Shown here piece by piece: positions 63,665 through 64,000 of a DNA stretch of 64,000 nt. Within the stretch, counting starts at the first letter, position 1. Every line of letters starts with the position of its first letter. The stretch spans positions 4,736,001 to 4,800,000 of the forward strand of contig CBDCJH010000002.1 in NCBI GenBank assembly GCA_965217775.1, read 5' to 3'. This stretch comes from Acidobacteriota bacterium (lineage in GTDB: Bacteria; Acidobacteriota; UBA6911; RPQK01; JAJDTT01). The translations under genes and the position numbers were made by a program. The notes under the pieces are model-generated. The model searched no databases and was not told the origin of the DNA. It saw only the letters and a program-made list of their open reading frames with translations.

Positions 63665-64000
63665 TTCCCGGAGCTCCCGTGAATTCGCAGGGTCGCCGCC
63701 CGGGGCGGCAGCTTCTCTGCTCACCGCTCGGCAGGCCCAATGCCGGCCTCTCTTGGCGGACACCAACAGCTTGTTAACGTCCTGCTGAGGAAAAATGCGA
63801 AGTCGAATCCCGCGTCCGGCGCGGGAACGGGACCGGAGTCCAGTGGAGTTTGCGGTTCCGGGGTATACTCCTGTTTTTCCAGGATGTCCGGAACGATCCG
63901 GCGAGAAATTCGGGCCGGAGACTGAGAGCGGATCCATGACGGAGCGGAATGATAGGCAGGAGGGACGCTTCCTGAGAGCTTGCCGGCTCCAGGAGGTGGA

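Overview
A GC-rich bacterial chromosomal window, probably Acidobacteriota (inferred from protein style, e.g. the FolD insertion and the Rho/ClpX sequences). Housekeeping blocks: nucleotidyltransferase/phosphotransferase-asnS-folD, secA, guaB, trpEGDCFBA-chorismate mutase-DAHP synthase, tig-clpP-clpX-lon-rho, tRNA-Lys(CTT) and comM. These alternate with a ~26 kb block (11.1-36.8 kb) of secreted or periplasmic catabolic enzymes: a sulfatase, a ceramidase-like protein, a BNR protein, Gfo/Idh/MocA oxidoreductases and two PVC-type heme-c proteins. The most notable signals are small and mostly non-coding. (1) A ~158-160 bp MITE with 18-bp TIRs and 4-bp TSDs occurs in four full copies; one breaks a protease gene and one splits a putative tRNA promoter. 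A fifth, collapsed 29-bp copy is retained in frame inside trpF. (2) Two unannotated leader-peptide attenuators (MAIFSFFRYGWRV and MVSLRAFYYFFRNG) lie in one aromatic amino acid gene cluster. (3) GTAG-type REP hairpins bracket a PptH-like hydrolase plus Sfp-type PPTase cassette as 43-bp direct repeats, extend one protein and supply stop codons. (4) An AT-richer protease cassette lies in a hot spot bounded by GGGACAGTCT repeats. (5) There is an ApbE-DoxX-Tat oxidoreductase module, and a possible -1 frameshift or uORF at the rho start. No CRISPR array, transposase or integrase is visible. All functional calls come from motif recognition without database searches.
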